A stretch of DNA of 64,000 bases from Dehalococcoidia bacterium (GCA_965249275.1 CBDFLQ010000007.1:96001-160000); one strand, 5' to 3'; shown: positions 11,916-20,889, counted from the first letter of the stretch. Program-made: numbers and translations. Notes: a model not told the origin generated them from the letters alone.

Positions 11916-12821
11916 GTGATGGGCCAACTGGTAAGCCTCCTCGCCGCGATGCGGCCCAGGCAGTGGACCAAGAACTTTGTTGTCTTTCTGCCCATGGCCT
12001 TCACCATCAACCTGGCCTGGGACCCGGGCAACGTCGACGAGGTGCTCGATGTCCTGGCTTCAGCGGCGTCGGCCTTCGGCCTCTTCTGCCTCCTCTCCTC
12101 CGCCGTCTACCTCCTCAACGACCTCGCTGACGCCAAAAAAGACCGCCTGCATCCGAAGAAGGCGTTGAGGGGCGTGGCCTCGGGCCGGTTGTCCAAGGGG
12201 CTTGCCGCATTCGCTGCGATGCTCTTTGTCGGTGCGGCGCTGCCCCTCGGCTTTCTTGTCGAAGTCAGCTACGGCTGGGCCCAGCTTGCCTATGTGGGCA
12301 TATCTGTCGTTTACATAAGCATAGTGCGGCAGCTTGTCATTCTCGACGTGTTCGCCATATCTGCAGGGTTTATCGTGAGAGCCGCCGCCGGGGCCCTGGT
12401 CATTTCCGCCGACCCCTCACCTTGGCTGTACATCTGCACGGGGCTCGGGGCCCTCTTCATCGGGTTTGCCAAGCGGCGGCAGGAGATGCTGACGCTGAAA
12501 GAGGATGGAACGGAGCATCGGGCCAGCCTGGGCGGCTACTCCCTCCCGATGCTCGACCATCTCATCACTATGCTCATGGCCTCCACCCTCATCGCATACA
12601 TCCTCTACACCTTCACCGCCGACAACCTGCCTCCCAACGATGCGATGATGTTCACCATTCCCTTTGTTGCCTTTGGCATAGCCCGCTACTTCTACCTGAT
12701 TCATGCCAAACAGGCGGGAGGCAACCCCGAGGATATCCTGCTCAAGGACGTGCCGATACTGCTGTCAGTGGCGGGCTGGCTGGCCGCAACCGTAGGCATC
12801 CTGTTAGCGTTTCGGGGGTGA
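11916..12821 (+). CDS. UbiA-family prenyltransferase (decaprenyl-phosphate phosphoribosyltransferase-like)
   Basis: RPRQWTKN, YLLNDLADAKKDRLHPKK, ILDVFAI, KRRQE. Confidence 0.9.
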   Translation: MMGQLVSLLAAMRPRQWTKNFVVFLPMAFTINLAWDPGNVDEVLDVLASAASAFGLFCLLSSAVYLLNDLADAKKDRLHPKKALRGVASGRLSKGLAAFAAMLFVGAALPLGFLVEVSYGWAQLAYVGISVVYISIVRQLVILDVFAISAGFIVRAAAGALVISADPSPWLYICTGLGALFIGFAKRRQEMLTLKEDGTEHRASLGGYSLPMLDHLITMLMASTLIAYILYTFTADNLPPNDAMMFTIPFVAFGIARYFYLIHAKQAGGNPEDILLKDVPILLSVAGWLAATVGILLAFRG

Positions 12822-12876
12822 GGTGGTCCCCCACCCCCGACTCCCCATTCTGTCAACGAATTACCTAACACTTACA

Positions 12877-12903
12877 ATTCCCGTGCCCCGACACGGGAAT
12901 CCA
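12877..12903 (+). repeat. Palindromic repeat family C ((GTC)ATTCC...GGAATC)
   Basis: ATTCCCGTG-CCCCGA-CACGGGAAT-CCA. Related copies at 16657-16685, 23820-23847, 39714-39740, 59246-59271, 59379-59406. Confidence 0.6.
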
Positions 12904-13044
12904 TCCCAGCCCCCAGCCCCGAAACCCGCGGCCTACACAGGTCTTCATGGCTCCGGCGAGTAAGTGGACGGCGAAGAACAGCTTTGGTACACCGCTGGAA
13001 GCGCCTATACTTTGGTGTAACTACTGAGGGACAAGAAGGGGTTT

Positions 13045-14082
13045 ATGCGATTATTGCTCATATTGCCAGTCTTTTTCCTGTTGGCCTGTTCCTCCGCCCC
13101 CGCAGACTCCCCTGATCCCGACCAGTACCTGGACCGCGTCCGCCGGATGCACGCAGAGAACCGGGCGCAGTTCGAGCATCTAACCACTGTCACGTTTGCC
13201 CCACCCGTTGCACAAAGTAGCAGCGACCCGAACGAGCCCAATCCCACTTACGACGAATGGAAATTGTATGTCTTGTCAGGACTTCTCCCGCACCTCAATG
13301 ACCTGTCCAAGACCAGCACGTTCTTGTGGGCACAGCTTAACGAGCTAAACACTATGGCAGTGCCGGAGGAACACACTGGCCTTCACGCCGACTTGGTCAC
13401 CATGTGGGAGGCAGGAATAGCTTGGGTGGATGAGCGGCTTAGGACTGCGCAACAGGCGGCAACATACCTGCAGGCCGACGATTGGGAGGGGTTTGACGAA
13501 GCCAATATGGTTGATGAGGAAGATATGGAGAGGGCACACACGTTAATTGACCGCCACGTAGACGCTGTTAATCGGGTGAACTTCGTCCTGTTTGGTACGC
13601 CGGAACCCGAGCCGTTTGACATTTCAGGGTCGTCCACCGCATGGGCCCTAACGCCTCTTCCCGATGTGCCCACCGCCACACTGGGGCCAATCTCCCAGCT
13701 CACCCCGACAGCAGCGTATGTAGATCCCATGGTCCGAAAGGAAGCAATACGGAGGTATGCTAATGATGCCTGCGGCCCCGAAAAGTTGGACTATCCGGCT
13801 ATTGGCTGGCCTAAACTGGCAGGTGAACTTTCATGGGCAATTTCACTGTTGAGGTATGACCCGCCGCGAGGGTTGGGGGGCTTCCGAGATGTCTTATGGG
13901 ACTACTACGAGACCCTAAAAATATTTGCCGAAGAACAAGACCGTTCTCTCAAGGTTGATCAGGCCTTGTTCTCGTCTGACCCGGACGTTCTGCAAAAGCG
14001 GATGGAAGTAGAAAAGACGGTCAGTGCCCTGCCGGAGTCCGACCGTCAAGTGCTGAACGACGCGGGATGCACTTTCTCGTGA
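13045..14082 (+). CDS. Hypothetical lipoprotein
   Basis: Signal peptide with lipobox LLAC; 345-aa ORF; no recognised catalytic motif. Confidence 0.75.
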   Translation: MRLLLILPVFFLLACSSAPADSPDPDQYLDRVRRMHAENRAQFEHLTTVTFAPPVAQSSSDPNEPNPTYDEWKLYVLSGLLPHLNDLSKTSTFLWAQLNELNTMAVPEEHTGLHADLVTMWEAGIAWVDERLRTAQQAATYLQADDWEGFDEANMVDEEDMERAHTLIDRHVDAVNRVNFVLFGTPEPEPFDISGSSTAWALTPLPDVPTATLGPISQLTPTAAYVDPMVRKEAIRRYANDACGPEKLDYPAIGWPKLAGELSWAISLLRYDPPRGLGGFRDVLWDYYETLKIFAEEQDRSLKVDQALFSSDPDVLQKRMEVEKTVSALPESDRQVLNDAGCTFS

Positions 14083-14177
14083 CAAGTAAGGGCCGCTATC
14101 TCCCCAGTCTTTGTGCGCGCCGTGACCATTGAACAGGAATACGGCGACAGGCTGGAGAGGTTATTGGAGGCGGTGGA

Positions 14178-14585
14178 GTGCCCGAACTAATGAAGGAGAC
14201 CGAGAAGAGCTTGACTAACAAACTGGCAATAGGAGCTGGCGTGGTGGCCCTCATCCCTTACCTCGCACTGCTGTCCACCTCGGGTATCAGTGCGTTTCTG
14301 CTTACGACGCCCCTCTGGTGGAGCGCGGAGTCATGGGGGGCGTCCGTGACCATCGGCTCGACGGTCGGGATGGTGGGGGTCGTGGCCTCCGCCCTGGTTC
14401 TCTGGTCGTCCCGTCACGAGGGACGGCGCTCGGGCCTGGGCCTGGCGCTGGGGGGTCTCTACGCCATCCCCCTGATCGTCTCACCCTTCGGACTGGCCCC
14501 TTTCCACCTATTCACAGGCCCGGTACTCCTGGTACTGGTGGCGGCGGTCGTCAACCATCGACGGAAATTCGCCGAATTAAACTGA
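14178..14585 (+). CDS. Hypothetical membrane protein (about 4 TM)
   Basis: GGAGG RBS upstream; four hydrophobic segments. Confidence 0.65.
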   Translation: MPELMKETEKSLTNKLAIGAGVVALIPYLALLSTSGISAFLLTTPLWWSAESWGASVTIGSTVGMVGVVASALVLWSSRHEGRRSGLGLALGGLYAIPLIVSPFGLAPFHLFTGPVLLVLVAAVVNHRRKFAELN

Positions 14586-14693
14586 CGCACTACCCCTTGG
14601 CGCGGGTGCATGCCTCTGTTCTTCTCTCTCCCTCTACCCCTGCCCGTAAGGGCGACCGGCGGGGCCTCCCCCCCAAAAAGTGACACGAACCCA

Positions 14694-14723
14694 TTGACTA
14701 ACCTAGTACACATATTCTATATT
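14694..14723 (+). promoter_or_regulatory. Promoter with LexA-like box upstream of the terminase pair
   Basis: TTGACT (14694-14699) and TATATT (14718-14723). AGTAC-ACAT-ATTCT (14705-14718) is two mismatches from AGAAC-N4-GTTCT and overlaps the -10. Confidence 0.5.
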
Positions 14724-14806
14724 GCACTCCAACTCGGGCCCGCATAAGGGCCGGGCCCCTTGCCGAAACCAACTGAATTGCTGAAAAGACCGAAAGGAAC
14801 TGCCGT

Positions 14807-15220
14807 ATGACCAAACGACCCCGCTACCCCTCCCGGACCCCTAAGCCCGATTCAAGTGGCCCTTGGGAAGACTCGCTCGATCAGGCCGGCCTCCCCGGTG
14901 GCCCCTATTACTCCGCCAGGCTTAGTAATCTCGAATCGAGACAAAGACTTGGCCGAGCTTCCAAAGTCCAGGGCGTTGACCAGGAACTCGCTATCCTCCG
15001 CTGGCGCCTTGAGGAATTGATTGCCAAGGAAGACAACAAAGAAACCAAAGACCACTCCCTAGTGCTCAAGACCATCGAACTCATAGTTCGAGCCTACTCC
15101 GCCAAGGCACGCTCCTCCGACGATTCCAACGCCCCCACCGAAAAAGGCATCGAAAACCTTCTGCGGGACGCCTCTCGCAAGTTCGGACTAAAGACAATCC
15201 CCTGGAACTCCACCCACTAG
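14807..15220 (+). CDS. Putative terminase small subunit-like protein
   Basis: 137 aa, ends 8 nt upstream of the large subunit. Basic N-terminus and helical core (YYSARL...GVDQELAILRWRLEELI). Call is mainly positional. Confidence 0.55.
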   Translation: MTKRPRYPSRTPKPDSSGPWEDSLDQAGLPGGPYYSARLSNLESRQRLGRASKVQGVDQELAILRWRLEELIAKEDNKETKDHSLVLKTIELIVRAYSAKARSSDDSNAPTEKGIENLLRDASRKFGLKTIPWNSTH

Positions 15221-15228
15221 AGAACGCC

Positions 15229-16617
15229 TTGATAGACATTTATTCCCTAAGGCCCTACCAGCTGCAGATAGCCAAAGCTATACTGAGTAGCGTTCAGGAC
15301 GGCATGGGCTTCTCCTTCTCCGTCATGATCGCCCGTCAGGGCGGCAAGAACGAGCTCTCCGCCTGGCTTGAGGCCGTCCTCCTCTCCGCCGCCTCCCACG
15401 ACGGCGGCAGCGCCATCAAGGCCACCCCCACCTTCCACCCCCAGGCCCGGATCAGCATCTCTCGCCTCCAGGACACCCTTCGGCGCAGCCGCATCTATTA
15501 TGAATTCCAACACGGCAACCTCTTCGCCGTAGGCCGCGCCCGCCAGCTCTTCCTCAGCTCCCACCCCACCAGCAACGTCCTCGGCAACACCGCCAGTCTC
15601 CTCCTCGAGATCGACGAGTCCCAGGACGTCTCCCCCGATAAATTCAACCGCGACTTCATGCCTATGGGCGCCTCCTCCAACGCAACCACCGTCCACTACG
15701 GCACCGCATGGGACGACCATTCCCTCCTCGAGCAGGTCAAACAGTCCAACCTCGATCTCCAACGCACCGACGGCATCCGTCGCCACTTCGAGTTCGACTG
15801 GCAGGCCGTCGCTCGCTACAACCCTCACTACAAGCGCTACGTAGAGGCCGAACGTCTCCGGCTCGGTAGCGATCATCCATTGTTCCGCTCTCAGTATTGC
15901 CTGGTTCCCGTGACCGGCAAAGGAAGGTTCATCGACCATAACAGGCAGGCCCTGCTGCGGGGCAGCCACCTCCGAATCAGCGCCCCCGTCAAGGGGCGTA
16001 CTTACGTCGCCGGCGTAGACCTTGCCGGCGAGTCCGAACAGTCGGACAACCTCCAGTTCAAAGCAAACGCACCATTTAAGGATTCCACCGTCGTCACCAT
16101 CGGAGAGCTCCGGTCTACGAACGCCGGTCACGGGTCCCCGCTCCCATCCCTTAGGGTGGTCGAGCACTTCTGGTGGACGGGACTGCCCCAAACCGAGAAT
16201 TTCTCGCGTCTCCTCCACATCCTCTCGGAAGTCTGGGGCTGTCGCAGAGTCGTCGTCGATGCAACGGGCATCGGAGCAGGCGTCGCCGATTTCTTGCGCA
16301 AATCTATCGGGCCTTCCATCGTCAAGCCCTTCACCTTTACCGCCCGCAGCAAATCGGACCTCGGCTTCGACCTCCTCGCCGCCATCAACTCCGGCAGGCT
16401 CAGGATGTACAAGCCCGACGGCTCCCCCGAGTCCACCGAGTTCTGGTCCCAAATCTCCAAAGCAAGGAGGACCGTAAGACCCAACCAGACCATCAACTTC
16501 TTCGTAGACCCCTCCCAAGGCCACGACGACTTCCTGTCATCCCTCGCCCTCCTCGTCAAAGCCTCCGAATACATCCCCCGCCGCGCCTCCGGTCGCCTGC
16601 GAGAGGGCTATGAATAA
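15229..16617 (+). CDS. Phage terminase large subunit-like ATPase/nuclease
   Basis: Q-motif LRPYQ, Walker A ARQGGKNE, Walker B LLEIDESQD, coupling motif YGTA, RNase H-like nuclease motifs AGVDLAG, VVVDATGIG and HDD. Confidence 0.85.
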   Translation: MIDIYSLRPYQLQIAKAILSSVQDGMGFSFSVMIARQGGKNELSAWLEAVLLSAASHDGGSAIKATPTFHPQARISISRLQDTLRRSRIYYEFQHGNLFAVGRARQLFLSSHPTSNVLGNTASLLLEIDESQDVSPDKFNRDFMPMGASSNATTVHYGTAWDDHSLLEQVKQSNLDLQRTDGIRRHFEFDWQAVARYNPHYKRYVEAERLRLGSDHPLFRSQYCLVPVTGKGRFIDHNRQALLRGSHLRISAPVKGRTYVAGVDLAGESEQSDNLQFKANAPFKDSTVVTIGELRSTNAGHGSPLPSLRVVEHFWWTGLPQTENFSRLLHILSEVWGCRRVVVDATGIGAGVADFLRKSIGPSIVKPFTFTARSKSDLGFDLLAAINSGRLRMYKPDGSPESTEFWSQISKARRTVRPNQTINFFVDPSQGHDDFLSSLALLVKASEYIPRRASGRLREGYE

Positions 16618-16694
16618 GCCCCCACCCCCGAGGGGAGCCTGTCCGCCTCAGGCGGATCATTCCGAGGCCCCCCCCCGAGGAATCTGGGGCGGGG

Positions 16695-16741
16695 CATTCC
16701 GCTCGCCCTGAGCAGAGTCGAAGGGTCTCAAGAGCGGAATG
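16695..16741 (+). repeat. Palindromic repeat family A (CCGCTC..CTGAG..TCGAAG..GAGCGG)
   Basis: CATTCCGCTC/GAGCGGAATG stem. Copies at 46061-46185 (two), 47624-47656, 49415-49447, 50558-50590, 54318-54385, 57715-57748, 59287-59320. Confidence 0.8.
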
Positions 16742-16756
16742 GGCGGGGTGTCCCAT

Positions 16757-16808
16757 CCCCCCTCTCCCTTATTGGCCCTAAGGGAGAGGGGGATCAAGGG
16801 GGTGAGGG
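16757..16808 (+). repeat. Palindromic repeat family B (CCCTCTCCC..GGGAGAGGG..GGGTGAGGG)
   Basis: Copies at 49459-49497, 50600-50638, 55382-55420; interrupted copies near 47570 and 54243. Confidence 0.8.
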
Positions 16809-16838
16809 TTATCCCGGGGCGGAGGCCGGGTGGTGAGA

Positions 16839-16867
16839 TTGACAGGGAGAGGGTGGCAAACTATAAT
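16839..16867 (+). promoter_or_regulatory. Consensus sigma70 promoter of the rpmH operon
   Basis: TTGACA (16839-16844), exactly 17 nt, TATAAT (16862-16867). Confidence 0.9.
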
Positions 16868-16893
16868 CGGCATTCCTAAACGAGTCTGAAAAC

Positions 16894-17031
16894 ATGCCTA
16901 AAAGAACCTACCAACCTAAGAGGTTGCCCCGAAAGAGGAAGCACGGGTTCCGTGCCCGAATGAGTACCCGAGGCGGACGTGACGTTATACACCGCCGAAG
17001 GGCCAAGGGCAGGACCAGTCTGAACGTTTAG
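16894..17031 (+). CDS. rpmH: 50S ribosomal protein L34
   Basis: Not in ORF track (45 aa): [45 protein letters not shown]. Confidence 0.97.
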   Translation: MPKRTYQPKRLPRKRKHGFRARMSTRGGRDVIHRRRAKGRTSLNV

Positions 17032-17071
17032 GGCTTACAATTTTGAACACTAAAGAAAGGGGAGCCCGCTG

Positions 17072-17431
17072 CTGAAGGGTACGGCCAGGGATCGAAGGCT
17101 CAAAAAGAGCCGCGACTTTGATCGGGTCCTCAGGAGGGGCAAGCGCAGGGCAAACGGGTTTCTGGTACTCGGCGCCATTCCCAACGGCCTTGAAGTCAGC
17201 AGGTTCGGCTTCTCGGTCGGAAAGAGAGTCGGCAACGCTGTCCGGCGGAACCTAGTAAAGCGTAGACTGCGGAACATCATGACTGAGCTGTGCGGCCAGG
17301 ACGGATGGGATCTCGTAGTCATCGCCAGAAAGACCGCCTCAGAGGCCGGATACCGTGACCTTAAAATGGCATTGACCGGCCTGTTGCGATCGAGCGGCCT
17401 GCTCGGTAAACGTAACGCCAGCGCAGTTTAA
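17072..17431 (+). CDS. rnpA: Ribonuclease P protein component (apparent CTG start)
   Basis: Not in ORF track. RLKKSRDFDRV...RFGFSVGKRVGNAVRRNLVKRRLR. In-frame TAA at 17051 leaves only CTG codons (17069/17072) behind the AAGGGGAG RBS. Confidence 0.92.
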   Translation: MKGTARDRRLKKSRDFDRVLRRGKRRANGFLVLGAIPNGLEVSRFGFSVGKRVGNAVRRNLVKRRLRNIMTELCGQDGWDLVVIARKTASEAGYRDLKMALTGLLRSSGLLGKRNASAV

Positions 17432-17433
17432 GC

Positions 17434-17655
17434 ATGGTCCCTAAACGGCTTGTCCTGGCCCTGATCGGCTTTTATCGCCAGTTTGTATCTCCTTACTATG
17501 GCCCCGGCCCCACCTGCCGCTACCTCCCAACTTGCTCTGAATACGGCCAGGACGCAGTCGTAAGATACGGAGCCCTCAAAGGCGGCTGGTTGACTATCCG
17601 GCGGATCGGCCGGTGCCATCCACTATCAGCAGGCGGGTACGACCCAGTACCTTGA
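17434..17655 (+). CDS. yidD: Membrane protein insertion efficiency factor YidD
   Basis: YRQFVSP, CRYLPTCSEY, RCHPLSAGGYDPVP. Confidence 0.95.
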   Translation: MVPKRLVLALIGFYRQFVSPYYGPGPTCRYLPTCSEYGQDAVVRYGALKGGWLTIRRIGRCHPLSAGGYDPVP

Positions 17656-17789
17656 AAGGCCATCACGTAATTCCCGGCAATAACCTCCTCCCTCAAGAGG
17701 CGTCTGTCCGCGATATGATTTCTCGGGTATCACCGACGCCCGTATTGGCGTCGGATGAGGTTCCCGTCTCTCGCATCCGGTCGCGAAAA

Positions 17790-19022
17790 GTGACCGGCAA
17801 ACTTCTGTTGATCCTTCTACTGGTTGGGCTGCTTGCTACTCTTGCCTGCAGCCGAGCCGGTCTGGGCATCAACTTCGAGGGTTGGGGTGGCCCGACCTTC
17901 ATCGGCAACTCTGTTTACGTACCCACAAAGAAGGACGCCGATCAGGCCAGCATTCGAGTTATCGATGCGGTCTCCGGAGCTGTTAACGGCATGTTCACGG
18001 CGACCGGTGAGTCCACGTCCATTTACGGCGCACCCGTCCAGGGACCCGGAGCTGATGGTCAAACTACCTTCGTCACGGTAATCTACACCGCCGAGGGTAC
18101 GAGCTACGGCAGGGTCTTCGCCATTGGGCCGGACGGCTTCGACAGCCCGGTATGGCAGTTCCCCGAGATCGGTATGGACTCTGTTGGCTCCATATTTGGT
18201 GGTGTGGCCTACTCACAAGCGACCAACACCGTCTACTTTGGCGCCGACGATGGCATGTTGTATGCCCTGGACGCGGGCACTGGAGAGCCGAAGCTCGGCA
18301 CGGGAGGCGTTTTCTTCCCCGCCGAGGCTCCTATCTGGTCGACACCCATGGTCGAGAACGGCGTGGTCTATTTCGGGACCATGGACGGCATCCTCTACGG
18401 CGTGGGCGAGACCGGTGGCAAGATTCTTGAGTTCAAAGCTGGGGGGGCCATTACCGCAACCCCGATAGTCGAGGAAGGAATTGCCTACGTCGGCTCCTTC
18501 GACAAAAACTTCTATGCCGTGCCCGTCAATGGAGGCCTGAACGCCACGCCCCGTTGGATATACGCCACCAACGGCTGGATCTGGGCCGACGCCCTCTTCG
18601 CCGCCGACGCAAGAGGACAAGACTTCATCTTCGTATCTTCGCTTGATGGCAGCGTACAGGCCGTAAATGCTGCCTCAGGTTCCCCACTCTGGCCCAATCC
18701 TTTCATCGCCTCGGAGGGCATCCGCGGCACACCGGCGCTGGTTAGCAAGTCGGGTGGCGGCGGCCAGTTCTCCAGCCTGGCTGACAAGGTTTTGGTAGTC
18801 GGGTCCAGGGATGGCATGTTATATGGCCTGGACCCGCAGAACGGGGCTCCTGCATGGGAGCAGCCCTTCAACACCCGGGCCCTTGGTGACAGTGACGGCC
18901 AAATCCTTGCGCCTGTCGCCTCCCGAGGCAACGCAGCCTTCGTGGTCACATCCAAATACGATATATTCGCAGTTGACGCGAATACCGGACAGGCATTGCC
19001 GGGCTTCACGTCTCTACAGTAG
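17790..19022 (+). CDS. PQQ-repeat (BamB-like) beta-propeller lipoprotein
   Basis: Signal with lipobox TLAC. Repeated blades: VYFGADDGMLYALDAGTG, IWSTPMVENGVVYFG, VGSFDKNFYAV, GSRDGMLYGLD. Start could be 17715. Confidence 0.85.
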   Translation: MTGKLLLILLLVGLLATLACSRAGLGINFEGWGGPTFIGNSVYVPTKKDADQASIRVIDAVSGAVNGMFTATGESTSIYGAPVQGPGADGQTTFVTVIYTAEGTSYGRVFAIGPDGFDSPVWQFPEIGMDSVGSIFGGVAYSQATNTVYFGADDGMLYALDAGTGEPKLGTGGVFFPAEAPIWSTPMVENGVVYFGTMDGILYGVGETGGKILEFKAGGAITATPIVEEGIAYVGSFDKNFYAVPVNGGLNATPRWIYATNGWIWADALFAADARGQDFIFVSSLDGSVQAVNAASGSPLWPNPFIASEGIRGTPALVSKSGGGGQFSSLADKVLVVGSRDGMLYGLDPQNGAPAWEQPFNTRALGDSDGQILAPVASRGNAAFVVTSKYDIFAVDANTGQALPGFTSLQ

Positions 19023-19058
19023 ACACCGACGCAGGAAAAACAGGTCTAAAGAGCAAGC

Positions 19059-19976
19059 ATGGGCATAATAATAGACATCTGGGACGCGCTCTTACTCCAG
19101 CCTATGCTGAACGCGCTGATCTTCCTGTACGGCGTCCTCGCTAGCAATTTCGGGTTGAGCATCATTGCCTTCACCATAGCGGTTCGCATAGCCATGTACC
19201 CGCTGACCCGCAAGCAGCTGAACGCCTCCCGAGCCATGTCAGGCCTCCAGCCGAAGATCCAGGAGATCCGGCAGAAGTACGGCAAGGACTCCCAGAAGGT
19301 CACCCAGGAGACCATGAAGCTGTACAAGGAGGAGGGGGTGAACCCCATCGGGTGCTTGGGCCCGATGTTCGTGCAGCTTCCTATATGGATAGGCCTTTAC
19401 CAATCGATCATCCAGGCCATGCCCCGGAACCCCGAGCGCCTTGTCGATCTCTCACAGAAGCTGTACTCATGGCTCCCCGGGGTCCACACCGCCATACCGC
19501 TGAACAAGGGTTTCCTCTGGTTCGACCTCTCGGAGCCCGACCCCACCAAGGTCATGCTGCCCTTGCTCGTCGGCGGCTCGATGTGGGTACAGCAGAAGAT
19601 GATGGCCACCGTGTCCACGGACCCGAAACAGATGCAGATGAACCGGATGATGCAGTGGATGATGCCCGTGATGTTCGGCATGATCACCATCGGGTTTCCC
19701 AGCGGCCTGGCCTTATACTGGGTCGTGTCCAACACCATAGGTATTGCCTTGCAATACCGGGCCGCGGGGTGGGGCAACCTTTTCCCCTCAGCCGACATCG
19801 CTTCTCAGCCGGCTGACGCCCGTTCTGCTAAGGCCGCCGATAGCTCAAAGGAGATGGTAGTCCATGGAGAGCCTGGAAGTGTCGGCAAAGACAGTGGAGG
19901 AAGCGATCGACCTGGCCCTGAAACAGCTCGAGGCAGATCGAGAAGAGGTCGTCGTCGTCGTCGTAACAGAGGGTAG
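19059..19976 (+). CDS. yidC: YidC/Oxa1 membrane protein insertase (short form)
   Basis: FGLSIIAFTIAVR, LQPKIQEIRQKY, LYKEEGVNPIGCL, FLWFDLSEPD, PSGLALYWVVSN. Confidence 0.95.
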   Translation: MGIIIDIWDALLLQPMLNALIFLYGVLASNFGLSIIAFTIAVRIAMYPLTRKQLNASRAMSGLQPKIQEIRQKYGKDSQKVTQETMKLYKEEGVNPIGCLGPMFVQLPIWIGLYQSIIQAMPRNPERLVDLSQKLYSWLPGVHTAIPLNKGFLWFDLSEPDPTKVMLPLLVGGSMWVQQKMMATVSTDPKQMQMNRMMQWMMPVMFGMITIGFPSGLALYWVVSNTIGIALQYRAAGWGNLFPSADIASQPADARSAKAADSSKEMVVHGEPGSVGKDSGGSDRPGPETARGRSRRGRRRRRNRG

Positions 19977-20523
19977 AGCGGGTATACTCGGCATCGGCAG
20001 CGAGCCGGCCAGGGTAAAGGTTACTCCCAGGGATAAGACCCCCAAGGCAGTCACCCTCGCCAAAGAGGTCCTTGAGGATATATTCGACAGGCTGGACGTC
20101 GACGCCGAGGTCCGGCTGAGGACCAACAGCCTTTCCGGCAAGGACCTGTCCCTGGACATTCTTGGCGACGATTCGGGCCTGCTCATAGGTCGGGGTGGCG
20201 TCACCCTGGACTCCCTCCAGTTCATGGTGAACTTCGTCGTCAGCCGCAGGCTCAACGAATGGTCCCCCGTCAACATAGACGTGGAGGGCTACCGACAGCG
20301 AAGGTACACGTACCTGGAGACTCTTGCCGAAAGGCTCGCCAAGAGGGTTCGCACCACCGGCAAACCCTTCACCCTTGACCCGTTGCCCGCCAACGAACGC
20401 CGGATAATCCACCTGGCGCTCGCCAATAACTCCCAGGTCACCACCGAAAGCACCGGCAGCGGCAGCGAACGTCGGTTATCCATCCTGCCCGCGCCCGGCT
20501 CCCGTCGTCTCTCCCGTATCTGA
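19864..20523 (+). CDS. jag: Jag/EloR/KhpB RNA-binding protein (Jag-N, KH, R3H)
   Basis: KTVEEAI, LLIGRGGVTLDSLQ, DVEGYRQRR, ERRIIHLAL. Confidence 0.93.
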   Translation: MESLEVSAKTVEEAIDLALKQLEADREEVVVVVVTEGRAGILGIGSEPARVKVTPRDKTPKAVTLAKEVLEDIFDRLDVDAEVRLRTNSLSGKDLSLDILGDDSGLLIGRGGVTLDSLQFMVNFVVSRRLNEWSPVNIDVEGYRQRRYTYLETLAERLAKRVRTTGKPFTLDPLPANERRIIHLALANNSQVTTESTGSGSERRLSILPAPGSRRLSRI

Positions 20524-20577
20524 TCCTGCGGGGCGGGACTGAATAGTAAGGGGAAGTTTAGCGAGAGGAGGCTGAAC

Positions 20578-20889
20578 ATGACTCTAACCCCGAGCGAAAA
20601 AGAAAGGCTGATAGACGAATCTTTAGAGATAATTGAGGAATTGGGTGGGGTGAAGAGTATCCGCGAGGGCCTCGCCGAAATGGACACTGCTTGGCGACGT
20701 ATGGACCGCGAGAGTGAGACCTTGCTCAAGCTATACCCCGACAAATGGGTGGCGATGAGTAAGGATGGAGTTGTGGCAGTGGGCGACTCACTGGAGGGCG
20801 TTTTCAGCAAAGTAGACACTTTGGGCTTACGCCGCAATTCCATCAATGTTAAATTCATTGCTACGCACCCTCGTACCTTGATCCTGTGA
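20578..20889 (+). CDS. Small protein, DUF5678-like C-terminus
   Basis: GAGGAGG RBS; LLKLYPDKWVAM...VVAVGDSLEGV; GTGA overlap with the next gene. Confidence 0.65.
   Translation: MTLTPSEKERLIDESLEIIEELGGVKSIREGLAEMDTAWRRMDRESETLLKLYPDKWVAMSKDGVVAVGDSLEGVFSKVDTLGLRRNSINVKFIATHPRTLIL

Noticed and set aside
15247-16524. Long antisense ORFs (also 10393-11196, 29266-30195, 39811-40710, 48386-49297, 52367-53452)
   Set aside because: Shadow frames of GC-rich genes with biased codon usage; no motifs.
14807-16617. Intact prophage
   Set aside because: No integrase, portal, capsid, tail or lysis genes, and no att repeats recognised.
16617-16894. oriC/dnaA next to rpmH
   Set aside because: No dnaA and no TTATCCACA box cluster; the interval holds palindromic repeats and the rpmH promoter.
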